Shown here: one piece after another, positions 41,691 through 57,556 of the stretch
Position numbering within the stretch: position 1 is the first letter of the stretch
Layout: each line of letters starts with the position of its first letter
Origin: Eledone cirrhosa
Taxonomy: Eukaryota
NCBI GenBank assembly: GCA_964016885.1
Contig: OZ024740.1
Span: forward strand, 370,636,001 to 370,700,000
Length of the DNA: 64,000 bases
Direction of reading: 5' to 3'
The notes under the pieces: model-generated
Seen by the model: the letters and a program-made list of their open reading frames with translations, nothing else
Databases searched by the model: none
What the model was told of the DNA's origin: nothing
Translations under genes and position numbers: made by a program

Positions 41691-42616
41691 TTAAGAGCAA
41701 ATGAGACAAGGGTGGAGTGTAATACCCCAGAACCCGTTAAAATCCGGAAATGCAGAGGACTACAGTCCCCATTTTGGCATGGAGCTCATATTCGTGTATG
41801 TCAACTCATATCGTTCCAAGCACACACCCACGGGCACAGGCCCAGGTGCATCCCCTAGGCAACCCCCCCCCCCACCCACACACACACACACATACCCACA
41901 CACGCACATACCCATACACACACACATTATAAACCCACACATACACACCCACATACACACACGTACACACACACACCCACATGCCCACGTACACACACCC
42001 ACTCGCATACACACATGTAAGTATCTGTGCATGTACAATCTTAAATAACAGTATCTATGTATGGACATATGCACAAGCATGTGTTGTCACAGGAGTCTAT
42101 CGAGGCAGTGGTATGGTGGGACTATTGTCCTTATAGCTAGAGGGTAGTTCCCATCCCAATGTTTTATTATCCATATAGCTTATTTTATATATATATATCA
42201 CCGTTTAATGTTTTATTTTCCATGCTTCCATGGGTTAGACGGGTCGTTCACGTTATGAGGCAAGTCTGGCCAGTTGGCAGCGCCGTAAGTTGCTCAAATG
42301 GAACTGTATTTTGGATGCCCTTTCTAACACCAACCATGTTTATAGTGTGGAACTGAGTGATCCCGTTATGGGAGGGCTCTGGCCAGTTGGCCGTACCGAA
42401 CTTTACACATGGCGGAACCTGTGTACTGGCTTTTTTTTTACAGCCCTACCTAACATCAACCACATTTACAGTGTAGGACTGGGTGATGTTACTTACGAGA
42501 CAAATCTGGCCAGTTTGTCGTGCCGTACTTTGCTCATACCGGATAGCGTTTCGGCTAGTTTTTTACGGCTACTACATGTTCTTCCTAACACCAACCACAT
42601 TCACAATGTGGAACTG

Positions 42617-42694
<78 letters not shown>

Positions 42695-45075
42695 TTGGTG
42701 AAGATTATCCGAAGTTGGGAGAGCATTCAATCCGTAAGAAGTGTTATGGTATACAAATATTTATTACATTAACTATGCTGTCATTTAGGTACAAATGTTC
42801 ATTTGGTTGCCTATTTCAGATATTTCAGATATGTCAGGCTGCACATCTTCAGTCTATATTGACACCATTTTGTAATGGTTATGTTCTTTGCCTTCGTGTG
42901 CGAGATTTCCGAAATGGGAATTAGAAAGAATGATGAATATAGAGAGAGGTGATTGGATATATAGAGTGGGAAAAGATAGGTAAGGGGGTAATTTGGTAAA
43001 ATGGTCTTTGAAAAATAATATTGTCTATATATATTGAACATAAAGGAAGCTAACTGCTGTAGCGTCCATATAGAATTGTAAAGGAAACTAACCTAATATG
43101 TTTGGAAGTGGATAGGTGATATCGGTTATCAGTTAATGAGGTCCATGCCATTTGACATCTTTTAATCCGGCAAAGCGCATTTTACTACTTCTTTCGAATT
43201 AATTTGAAGGTGTTGGGGTAGCGATTGCAGAAATCTATCCTCGCATTCAGACAGGTGGTGGAGTTGTGTAGATCTTTTTAGAATGTTTCAGATTTTTTGC
43301 CATAGGCAACTGATGGAGAAACTAGTGACACTCTCTTTAAGTGTCCACGTGTGGCATGCAACTTTAGTGTTTGGTCCTTTTTCCTTTTTCGAATATCTGA
43401 AGGTCCTCTCCTGGTATAGGAACTTCTTTTTTTATCGAACTTTGGACATTCCGACATAGATTCTAACCTCCTGCTGTTGGGTTGGTTAGATCGAGGGACC
43501 TCAGCCCCGTATAACGGGAACATTGCAATCTTTGTCTAGGAGGCTTGCTTCAGGCTTTCTGTATAAGCAATCCGGTGTGTGAGAGCTTATGGATTTGCTG
43601 ATTATGTAGGTTTTCATAATCCTGTACAAAGAATATAAAATCCCTTCTTTTCTATTACTTACCCTTTTCTTTCTGCTCCACTTTTTTTTCTTTTTTGTCT
43701 CATCCTATTTGTAAATATATACAACTGAATATGAAATTTGGAATCAATACGTTTATAAATATGAGGATAAATAATACAGTAAACATTTGTTTTTTAATCA
43801 AAACACCAGAAATAAAAGAATATAAAATAATTGTTTCTACTTTAGGCACAAGGCCAGCAATTATCCAGTGCATTACTGGTACTTTATTTTATCGACCCCA
43901 TAAGGATGAAAGGCAAAGTCAACCTCGGCGGGATTTGAACTCAGATCATAAAGGGACGTAACTATGCTGGAAAGCATGGCGTCCGACCCTCTACCGATAC
44001 TGCCAATAATAATGGAAAAAATCTAAAATAATAATGGAAAAATTAATACACGTTACAGTAGCAAATAGTAGAGAGATAGTAAAAATGGGCGAAAATATTT
44101 AAAACATAAAAGTGAAGATAATAATTGTTTCTACTTTTGGCACAAGGCCAGCAATTACCTCAGTGTATTACTGGTACTTTATTTCATCGACCCCGTAAGG
44201 AGGAAAGGCAAAGTTAACCTCGGCGGGATTTGAACTCAGACCGTAAAGGGACGTAACTATGCAGGAAAGCATGGCGTCCGACCCTCTACCGATACTGCCA
44301 ATGAAGATAATAATGTCTACTTAAGGGGTGGAATAAATTATCCCCAGTACTTCACTGGTATTTTATTTGTTAATGTAAAGCCTAACTGACGAAACTAAAA
44401 TGATTTGAAGTGGCAAAAAGAGGAGTTTGGGTGATAATAGGGCGGGTGTATTATGGGGCAGTGGTGGTGATATAATGTGGTGGTCTCTTTCTAAGACATG
44501 AAGATGAACTGGAAAATATGTATGATGGAACTTAAACTATAAAGTAATAGAAGTGTGATGGTTGTTGTTACTATCTTGGCAACCACTCCTGCCACATTGA
44601 GGGCTACAAAGTGCTCCTTCACCAGTCTCGGACAAACGAAGACATATTTGAACCAAACGCGCCTAAATTGCGTGGCAAAAGTAAATATGGCGCGAATATA
44701 TGCCAACATGTCTATTGGCAAAATTGTTGACCAAATAAAAATAATTGATATTCTAGCTACTAAGAAAGGATAAATCACAATATTTCTGTTCAATTGCATG
44801 TTGTATGATGTGTGCCAACTGTATATTGTCGATATAAAAATAGACATTTTATTAGGAATTTGTATTCGCGTTTTTGCCAGTAAAGACTTTCAGGCAAATC
44901 AATCAACTCTACCCACTAAACCAAGGAGTCTCATACGCCTATCATTGTGTGGGGTCATGTATGTGTGTGTGTGTGGTATGTGTGTGTGTGTGGTGTGTGT
45001 GTTTCGCTCAGTAAGCGATATCTGTCAAGCAATTATATATATATACAAATTCATATATATACATATATTCTTAAC

Positions 45076-45103
<28 letters not shown>

Positions 45104-45107
<4 letters not shown>

Positions 45108-48100
45108 ACGATGGAAATGTGGTAAGGAACCAGATGGACCATAACGCACCAAAGTACTCAATACTTAGGGTAGTAGAGTGGGTAATAGGAACAACTATGA
45201 CCCCGACGGCAGAGCTCAAGCCGTTTCGACGGCTAATTCTGGACTAAATAAGAATTTTTAGCCTGGTAAATAAATAGCCGAACTTCTCAGGGGGTAATTC
45301 CTTATATGGGAAGATAGTGATTGTCAAAAGGATTGGTCAAAAATGTGTTGTAAAGACAGATAATTCTATCATGGCATTTGGTGGGAGGTAGGGGTAGCTG
45401 AACTTGCCGGTGGAACAAAGAGGGAGTGGGGGAATCCCAGTCAAGCGTTGAAAGTGAGATCTATACAGCAGATTCTGAGGATAGTGTATAGAAGGTCGAA
45501 AAAGGTGTACTGGAGAAGAGGAGGGTGGTGAAAGAATAGGTAAATCGAAAGAGAGTAAACAAAAAGACCATTATAAAAATAAGGAAATAAATATATAAAA
45601 AACAATTTCTGGTTACTACTCCCTTTCCACAATCACCAAATCTCTCATTGGTATTGCTAAGCTATAGAAAAGTTTAATAGGTGGAGAAAAATACTAAATA
45701 CGAGATTGTAGTGAAAGGATTTTATAAAGCCGGCTTTACAGAGGGTCTAACACCACGGCTATAGTTAGTTAGTAATCAGCCAATGCTATCTTACAATGAC
45801 AGGTTAATATACTAAAATACTACTACAAAAAAGTAATACGAGATATTAATTCATAATACTAATACAGAAATGGAGCAGCAACCAGAAAGAAAACAAGTTA
45901 CTGGGGTCTAACACATCTGCTATAAAAAGCGTAATCGGCCAATTCTATCTTAACATTAGCGGGGTGGGGGTACTGAGGCTACATAGGACCGATGGGCTGC
46001 ATCAGGGTAGGCGAAAAGGTGAAAAAAGACATGGAAGGAGATCTGGGGTGGAAGGACTAAGAAGAGATGGGGGGAAGAAGTAAATAAAGAGGAAAAAATA
46101 TATATATATACGTCTACCTTTGTAAGCAGGGGTTACCCCTTACAAAGTCGGCAAGTGGGTGTTTCAGCCCTTGCCCCCCCCCCCCCCCCCCGGGTCATTA
46201 TGGGGTTTGAGGGCGAGGTAAGTCCTAGGCAATCTGTGTTTGCATGCAGTTACCTGTTCATCTTTCTTATTTAGGAGTTGGTCCTTCGAAAACAGCATTT
46301 CTAATGTTTCCTCCGAGCATAAGTTACACGGACGGCGTCCTCCCGTGTAAGAGTTAGCTCTGGACAATAAGCTCCAAGTGAGATTGTAGGTTATATTATT
46401 ATCTTTGAGGTCCCAGATGTGGCCCGAAAGTGTAGTGGCATGACGCCGGGCCGGGTTTCGGAAAGTATGTCGGTGTTGGTAGAGCCGGGTCTTGAAGTCA
46501 CAAGCGGTTAATCCTATTTAAGCTTTGTTGGAGGTGTCCGTCTTCACGTTGCACTGGTAGATCACATTACGATCTCGGCATCTGTTGTTGAGCGGGCAAA
46601 GGGATCTATCAGGCCAGTTACACCTCCTGGTCGGCTCTCCACTGCTGTCTAGGTTATTTCTTCCATAGGGGTTGAGTTTTTTGTTGTTAGAGGAGACGAT
46701 GTTTTGTGCGAAATTAGGTGTGGTGCTGTAGGAGAGTTTGATGGTGTTTTTGTTGATTATGTTGTGGTAGCGGTGTTGTAGTGAGAAGTGTTTTTCGAGG
46801 AGTCTAAAGAAGATTTTTCCCGATAGGTTTTGTCACCTCGGCATTGTGGGGAGGATTGAACTACGTTATGTTGCGTGAGCGGCGGTGTCGCCTGCTGGTT
46901 CCGCTAATGGAAGCTGGATAATAGGATATTTCCTCCCGGAAGCCACTCCGCTTGAGGGCCTGGTTGTAATAAGGCGCATGTTCGTCGAATATCTGCTCAT
47001 TAGCGGACAAACGAGATATGCGGAAGGAGATGTTTTTAACCAGGTTATTGGTGATGTTTCTAGGATAGTCGACCAGCGGTGAATGTAATGCAGGTTGTCG
47101 TTTGGTTTCCTGTATGGGTAGTACAGATCATTATCGAGGTTAAGGGTAACGTCCAGGAAGTTTACTCGGGTTAGGGACGTTTATATATTTCCTTCTTCCC
47201 TCCCCCCACCCCTATCTCTTCCTAGTCCTTCCACCCTAGATCTCCTTCCTAGTCTTTTTTTCACCTTTTCGCCTACCCCGATGCAGCCCATCGGTCCTAT
47301 GTAGCCTCAGTACCCCCACCCCGCTAATTTTAAGATAGAATTGGCCGATTACGCTTTTTATAGCAGATGTGTTAGACCCCAGTAATTTGTTTTCTTTCTG
47401 GTTGCTGCTCCATTTCTGTGATTTCTAAATTTCTTAGTGGTATTTTTGTATTAGTATTCTTGTATTAGTATTTCTGAATTAGTATTATGAATTAATATCT
47501 CGTATTAGTTTTTTGTAGTAGTATTTTAGTATATTAACCTGTCATTGTAAGATAGCATTGGCTGATTACTAACTAACTATAGCCGTGGTGTTAGACCCTC
47601 TGTAAAGCCGGCTTTATAAAATCCTTTCACTACAATCTCGTATTTAGTATTTTTCTCCACCTATTAAACTTTTCTATAGCTTAGCAATACCAATGAGAGA
47701 TTTGGTGATTGTGGAAAGGGAGTAGTAACCAGAAATTGTTTTTTATATATTTATTTCCATATTTTTATAATGGTCTTTTTGTTTACTCCATTTCGATTTA
47801 CTTATTCTTTCAACTCCCCTCCCCATCCCCTTCTCCAGTACACTTTTTTCGACCTTCTATACACTATCCTCAGAATCTGCTGTATATATTTCACTTTCAA
47901 CGCTTTACTGGGTTTCTCCCACTCCCTCTTTGTTCTACCGGCAAGTTCAGCTACCCCTACCTCCCACCAAATGCCATGATAGAATCATCTGTCTTTACAA
48001 CAAATTTTTGACCAATCCTTTTGACAATGACTATCTTCCCATATAAGGAATTTCCCCCTGAGAAGTTCGGCTATTTATTTACCAGGCTATAAATTCTTAT

Positions 48101-48155
48101 TTAGTCCAGAATTAGCCGTGGAACGGCTTGAGCTCTGCCGTCGGGGTCATACTTG

Positions 48156-48158
<3 letters not shown>
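45104..48158 (-). mobile_element. 5'-truncated PLE (RT thumb + GIY-YIG) bracketed by inverted pseudo-LTRs of about 900 bp; HHR-like motifs at 45200-45295 (-) and 48054-48147 (+)
   Basis: 45189-46080 is the inverse of 47190-48158; minus strand 46164-47180 reads VNFLDVTLNLDNDLYYPYRKPND...CPLNNRCRDRNVIYQCNV...IGLTACDFKTRLYQHRHTF...CNLCSEE. Confidence 0.93.
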
Positions 48159-48223
<65 letters not shown>

Positions 48224-48272
48224 AATAAAATAACAAGAACGATTGGTTACACCTTCATTACGTTTATTGGTT

Positions 48273-48357
48273 GGTTACGAGCGTTTCGCCACTGATCTGC
48301 TCAACGTTCGATTTGTCTCGATCTATCCGTACTCTGTGATCCGCGACTCATCAGACC
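48273..48357 (-). ncRNA. Type I hammerhead with long helix II (left arm of inverted pair)
   Basis: ggt CTGATGA gtcgc...gtggc GAAA cgctcg TA acc aacc AATAAA. Confidence 0.72.
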
Positions 48358-48382
48358 CCTTATAATGGTAATGGAAAAAAGA

Positions 48383-48467
48383 GGTCTGATGAGCCGCGGA
48401 TTACAGAGTCCGGATAGATCGATACAGATCGAACCTTGGGCTGATCAGTGGCGAAACGCGCGTCACC
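48383..48467 (+). ncRNA. Type I hammerhead with long helix II, GUC site
   Basis: ggt CTGATGA gccgc (about 50 nt) gtggc GAAA cgcgcg TC acc aacc AATAAA. Confidence 0.8.
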
Positions 48468-48633
48468 AACCAATAAACGTAATGTAGGAGTAACCAATCG
48501 TCCTTGTTATTTTATTTCACTATAATACACTGTCTAGCTCTACAGCTCGACTCTGAAGTGAACCTAAACATCGATTGCTCATCCGGGTGAGCACTTGGTG
48601 TTTAGGTTCACTTCATTGTCGAGGTGTAGAATA

Positions 48634-48708
<75 letters not shown>

Positions 48709-48905
48709 TTTTTTTTTCGGTGCCACTCGAGGTAATTATTTAACCCATAAATGGGGCCCTAACAGGTACCACTACTCCGGGTCTGAGCCGACCTGGGAGT
48801 GATAGCAACTAAGGGGTAACTCCACATTTCCCCACAGCTCCTGAACTCCCGAACTGGAGCCTTGCCACGAGGTGCAGTTTAATATCATACCCAGGACAAA
48901 ACCTG

Positions 48906-50880
<1,975 letters not shown>

Positions 50881-50883
50881 GAT

Positions 50884-50970
<87 letters not shown>

Positions 50971-53900
50971 TCTTTCTTTATTTGCCACGGGGGCGTACAA
51001 AAATGGGACAGTACAAGACGTGACGGCGGGGGTTTTATATAAAAATAACTTTAACATTAATAAATAACAATAAACTATATATAATAAAATAACAATTGAA
51101 ATCCCCAGTAGGGGGGAACGTTACTGCGGGGTTGTTTTACACTCCGTGGATAGAACAACCCTCAACACCAGGAACAGGTTTTGTAGGTGTTCCTGTCTTC
51201 CCTCTGTTTATCTTCCTCAACCTACGGGTTTATATACAGAGAAGGCCCATTCACTGGGGCCATTTTTGCCACATTCACCCACCTTTCAGCGAATTTACTG
51301 GGGTGTAGCACCTCTCTCTCCACTCTCACCTTCCTTCTGAAGTGATACTTAAAGAAGGGGATAGGATGTTGTCCGGAGAGAAAGGTGTTTGCCCTCAGTC
51401 CTTTTAACCTCGTCCACCATATTACCTCTTTCGCCATAGCCACCAGACAGAGGAAAACCGCCTCTCCTTCGTTCTTACATGAAGGCGGCGGGGTGATCCT
51501 CACAATGGACTCGGCTGACAACTGAATGCGTCCCACACGTGACAGCAGCTGTTCGACATAATTCCACAGGTCGGTCACCCCTGAGCACTGAACAATTGCG
51601 TGCAGAACGGTTTCGATGTCCTGCTCGCATCTTGGACAGGTCCTTTTGGCAGGATCTCTGCCAGGGCGTCCATGCCTGTAGATTTTGTCTCGAACTGGGA
51701 GAGCTCCTCGGTAGCACTGCCAGGCCAGAGACCTCTGGAAGTTATCCATAGGCCCTGGACGGAAATCCTCCCGTTCGTCCTCGATGCCTAGAGTTTCCCC
51801 AAGAACGTCGTCGCACTTATCCTCCACTAATCCCCTATAGAATGTCAAAGTGGAGTCTCCGCTGATTGCCGTTTCTGCTTGGTAGAAGGCTGTGAGCGCC
51901 TGTAGGCACTCGAGGTGCCAGGCACCCATTTTCGGTCTTCGCTTGACCCAGGACTGCAGCTCTGTTAGTGAGACGAGTTGTGGAAGAGCTTGTCTCACAA
52001 ACGACAGCCACACCGGTTCACCGATCAGGAATACCTGGAGATGGTATTCCTAGCGCATGTTTGCGCATCATTAGCCACGGCATGCCCAGCCGTCTGTTAG
52101 AAGGGTGTTGACAGCAGATAGATCTCCTCACCAATGGATCCTGTTTCTTCCAGAGGAACTTAAAGAGTAGGCGTTCCATTTTGGTGAGGTATTCGCGGGG
52201 GCAAGGCACGACAGTCAAGCGGTAGTAGATGACGGACGCTATGTAAGTGTTCGCCACCTCCGCTCGACCTTTCAAGGAGAGTTTGCACTCAGCCCACTTC
52301 TGGGTGAGTGCAAACACCTTGGCCGTGACCTCGTTCCAGTTCTTGTCCATCTGGAGGTCTGGACCGAACCAGACCCCGAGCAATTTCACCGGTCCTTCCG
52401 TCCAGCGTCCAACGACACTGTCGGAAGGCATGGGTTTGCCTCTCCATGTGCCGAGTTGCAAATGACAGAGTTGTTTGGGTTTAGTCTTGCTCCTGTCAAC
52501 GTTTCGTATTCCTGTAATAGTTTGCCGATTACCCTGATTGCCGAGTTTTCGACACCATTACGGTTATGTCGTCGGCATAGGCCGACGCTGCTTTCCGCAG
52601 TCCTGGTTCGATCGGGATGCCCTGCAACAGCTCCCACTTCCGCAGTAACGGCTCGAGAGTCAGTACATACAGAATGGAGGAGAGAGGACATCCCTGACGG
52701 ATGGAACGCATGATTTGGAATGGCTCTGATAGGTAGCCATTCACCTTGACTGCCGAGCAGATGCTGGTGTGCATGGCAGCGATCCAGCCTCTGAAGACGG
52801 GAACGAATCCGGCCGCCTTGAGAACTGCTTCCAAGTATTGATGGTCGACCCTATCAAATGCCTTAGACTGATGTATCGCATGAGGTGGAGGTTGTCGTGT
52901 ATGGACCTGGTCGGGATTGCACACGTTTGGGCTTCCCCTACCAGGTTCTCGACGACAAGCGTCAGCCTTGCTGCTAACACCTTGGCCAAAATCTTTAACT
53001 CTGTGTTGAGCAGTTATGGGCCTGAAATTGCTTTTCTCATCTTTCCTGATCAGCGTTACTACGCCTCTGCCTACAGAACTGGGAATCCTCCCGATCTGCT
53101 GCCAGTTGCAGTAGACCGCTTCGAGGACGCCAGAGAACAAGTCTGGCATGCCTATGTAAAACTCATAGGGTAGACCATCTAAACCGGATGATTTGCGTTT
53201 CCCGCAGCGGCCTAGGGCATCTATTTCGCCCGCTGTGATCGGCCTTTCGCAGCTCTCCGCATCGGTGCTCGAAAGTCGCAGTACGCCGTCGAGGTAGGAG
53301 CTGAAGCCCATCACCTCGCTCGATGTACCGCTTTGCCCGAACAGTTGTGCAAAATGCTGCTGGAAGTCCGTGCACATCTGTTTGGATTCAAGTATAATGC
53401 GTCCATCTTTGTCTTGCAAAGACCGAATTGTGGATTGGTTGCCACTTTTCGCCTCTGCCACTCGGGCCCAGCTAACAGCTTTGGCTCCCTCGTTTCTTAG
53501 AGCACGTGTTCTACTTATGACAATACAACCTTCGTGTTTCACGTTGAAGAACTGGTCTAGTGCCGTTCTCGCCGCTAGCATGTCAGCTGTACTGCCATTC
53601 CTAAGTGGCTCCTCTATTTTAGCTTCCAGTTCCTTTTCAGTTTTGTTTTTTTCTAAAGCTACTTCCTTGCTAAATGCTATCGATTCTATTCTTGAGAGAG
53701 CTCTACCACCTGTTGTTGACGATCGCCCCCGTCAACTGGCACTTAACTAAGGTGCTAATCCGTTTACTGTAGGCCTTACGCGCCGGGAGCAACATGTTTA
53801 GCTTCCAGTATCCGGGTCCCTGTCTATGTGTTCTATCAAGGTTGTCTACGCAGGTGACTAATTTATGGTCTGAATAGGCAACCATGTGCATTTGTAAACA

Positions 53901-54452
53901 ACTTAATGTCTAATTAAAAATCTATCTAAATATGATCTAGAAACCCAGTGCAGTTGCTCCACGTCCGCAGTGGTGCACTTGGGAAGTCTAGTCGATATCT
54001 ATCAGCCAGTTGGAATTGGCTGATGAGATTTCTGAGGCTACTACACACCCTCTATTATCACAAGCTCCTACATAGTCCCAACGTGCGTCTAAGATACCAT
54101 TCCAGTCCCCCGCTAACACTAAGGAGCGAGACGTTCCCAGGAATGGCTCCAGACGCTTGAAGAACTCTGGTCGCGATGTCCCAGTCGGGGCATATACGGC
54201 CACCAGTCTGAAAGCCCTACCTTCACTACCATTCACGTCCAGGACCACCAGGCTGCCCTCCGGGTCCAAGTGAATCGTCTGTATTTTGAGATCCAAGTTT
54301 TTTCGAAACAGAACAGCAACTCCCCCTCCACCTCCTGGCTGACAGAGAGATGCGTAGATCTCAAAATCATCGAACATGGGGGTTAGCTGCTGTTTGTCGT
54401 GAATCCTGGACTCGGTGATAACTATCACATCTATACAATGTGACCTAAGATC
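50971..54452 (-). mobile_element. Tx1/L1-clade LINE ORF2 (APE, RT, C-terminal zinc finger), frameshifted, 5'-truncated, inside (TATC)n
   Basis: RLVAVYAPT, LVLAGDWNG, SDHKLV, GPGYWKLN, KSSGLDGLPYEFY, QSKAFDRVDH, RQGCPLS, AYADDIT, CPRCEQDIETVLHAIVQC; 3' end AATAAAGAAAGA; (GATA)n at 50882-50970 and 54453-54510. Confidence 0.95.
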
Positions 54453-54502
<50 letters not shown>

Positions 54503-54541
54503 GTAGGTAGATAGAGATATACATATGTGTGTGAGAGAAAG

Positions 54542-54691
<150 letters not shown>

Positions 54692-55119
54692 CGTGCGTGT
54701 GTGCGTGTGTGCGCGCGTGTATTGGGGGGAGGGGGATAGAAAAAGAAAGTTTATTAAAAAGTATCTACTGCATATATATATAGTCATGAATCTACTCTTT
54801 CAATGAACTGTAGAAAATTTCAAAATGAATATGACCGGATCAAAGAGAATTATTTATATATTTCTAAATGTGTATTCATATGCGTATCTATCTGTAAATA
54901 CATGTCTGTAAATACAATACTGTGAATATATTTGGACATAGAGAAAGACAGTTGAAAATTAAGAGTGCATTAGAAAAAGTGATAAAATGAAATTTGGATA
55001 AGATTTAGTAGTTAAGTCATGTGCGGGTCTGTGTATGTATATATATATTATGTGTGTGTATGTATATGTGTGTGTGTGAGGGTGTGTGCGTGTGTTTGTG
55101 TCTGTGTGTGTCTGTGTGT

Positions 55120-55219
<100 letters not shown>

Positions 55220-56849
55220 CCGTGTGTGTGTGTGTGTGTTGACCAAATCAGTGTCGTGATGCGCATATTCATGTCTGAGAATCATAAATTGTCTTATTAA
55301 TACTATTTTGTTGGCGAATATATGAAAATTGAAAGTGACTTATTAAGAATGGGGAATAAAAACTCCTGAAGAGAAACATTCAGATATACAGCCATATAAA
55401 TGCATATACCAATACAAAGGCAGATATATAGTAGCATACAGATATGTATCCTCATACAAACATACACTGATATAGAGACATAAAGACGTATAAATATACA
55501 TCGCCATACAAAAATACTTGGTATATATCTTTCACACCGATATGATAGATATATAGCAGCATAGATATATACATTATCATATAAATATACACTGAAATAT
55601 AGGCATACTGATGTACAAATATATATCGGCATACAAACGTAAACTGAGATACAGACTTTTTAGGACTTCCGAGACTTTAGGGAAAATCTCCTCAAACCGG
55701 AGACCTGGCCTGAATCCTTGCAACTGAGAGGACTCTCAGAAACTTATCCAATAAGAATGTAGTGGTGTTAAACAAGACGATGAGTTATGTTTACCCCCCC
55801 CCCCCCCCCAGATTAAGATATATATCGAGATATAGACATAACCCGGCTTATAGAAATGCATCAGAAATACAAACATGCGACGGCATACAAGCATTCACCG
55901 AAATATACATATAAATTGGTATAGAGACATACACGGACATACATATATATATATATATTCTAAGATATAGATATACACCAATGTATAGACGTACCGACAT
56001 ACAGATAGAGATTTACATTGGCAGCATACACTGGCATATGCCAATTATAAATATACGCTGAGATATAGACCTATATCGATATACAGTCATAAATTGAGAT
56101 TCAGACATACACAGGCATATATACACCGGGATATAGATATATAATAGTTTCTAGTTTTAGCACAAGGCCAGCAATTACCCCAGTGCATTACTAGTGCTTT
56201 ATTTTATCGACCACGTAAGGGTGAAAAGCAAAGTTAACCTCGGTTGGATTTGAACTCAGAACGTAAAGGGCCATCACTCCATCACCAAAGCATGCTGTCT
56301 GACATTCTACCAATACTGCCAATCCTCCACCATTTTATATATATATAGAGATATATAATTGTTTCTACATTTGGCACAAGGCCAGCAATTATCCCAGTGC
56401 ATTACTGGTACTTTATTTTATCGACCCCGTAAGGATGAAAGGCAAAGTTAACCTCCGCGGGATTTGAACTCAGACTTTAAAGGGCCATAACTCTTTGCTG
56501 CAAAGCATGGTGTCAGACCCTCTACCGATACTGCCAAATATATACATTAAAATGCAGGTGTAGAGCGGCATACAGATATATACCAAATGTAGACATGCAC
56601 AGATATACAAACATATTTCAGCACATAGGCATACTAACGGACACCAACATATATATATATACACGGGCATATGAACATACACTATCGACATATATCGACA
56701 TACATATAAATATATATATTTATTTAGGTTTGTTGGTTTCACCGAGGGCGGCCGACTGAGGTAGAAGCTGCTAAATAGTCGGTCGTCCTCTTGTCTCTGA
56801 TTTTCAGCCCCATGGATTTTATCTGTTATATTCCTTTGTTATATTTTGA

Positions 56850-56907
56850 ATACCTGATGATATCACCGGATTCATACTGAACCCGGTCGTTGAAATGATC
56901 CTGGTAT
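56850..56907 (+). ncRNA. Degenerate type I hammerhead (G at the cleavage position)
   Basis: atac CTGATGA tatc accgg attca tac tgaac ccggt cgtt GAAA tgatcc TG gtat AATAAA. Confidence 0.55.
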
Positions 56908-56957
56908 AATAAACCTTTCAAGGATTTACACCAGTCCAGCCTCCTGTTATTTTATAA

Positions 56958-56999
<42 letters not shown>

Positions 57000-57072
57000 G
57001 TCGTCAAGTATGAAATTTGTAGAATTGGGGGAGAGGGTTCAATAAATTTCTACAAATTTCATACTTGACAAC

Positions 57073-57122
<50 letters not shown>

Positions 57123-57465
57123 TTAATAAAAATAATGAATAAAAACAAAGAAGACAGCATATATATGTGTAGGTATGTATATTCGCTCTGATAGTTTGTA
57201 AAAATTTTACATAGATCTATATGATATACATACCAACACACACATATATATCCTAGAAACGATCGTAAAATGATGAATTTTTTAATATAAGGAACTGTTT
57301 CTTTGTTTTTATTCATTATTTTTATTAATTTATCTTGACTCTGTTTTACTGTGTTTTTCATCGAAAAAATTTTGAATACAATACATCTTCTCTTTTCATG
57401 ATATTTGGATTACATTGAGCTCTTCATACGGATTGGACACTACCGTATATTTTGGTAGATTTATC

Positions 57466-57556
<91 letters not shown>

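Noticed and set aside
43000-43620. Possible PLE N-terminal or coding remnant
   Set aside because: No diagnostic motif recognised; left unannotated.
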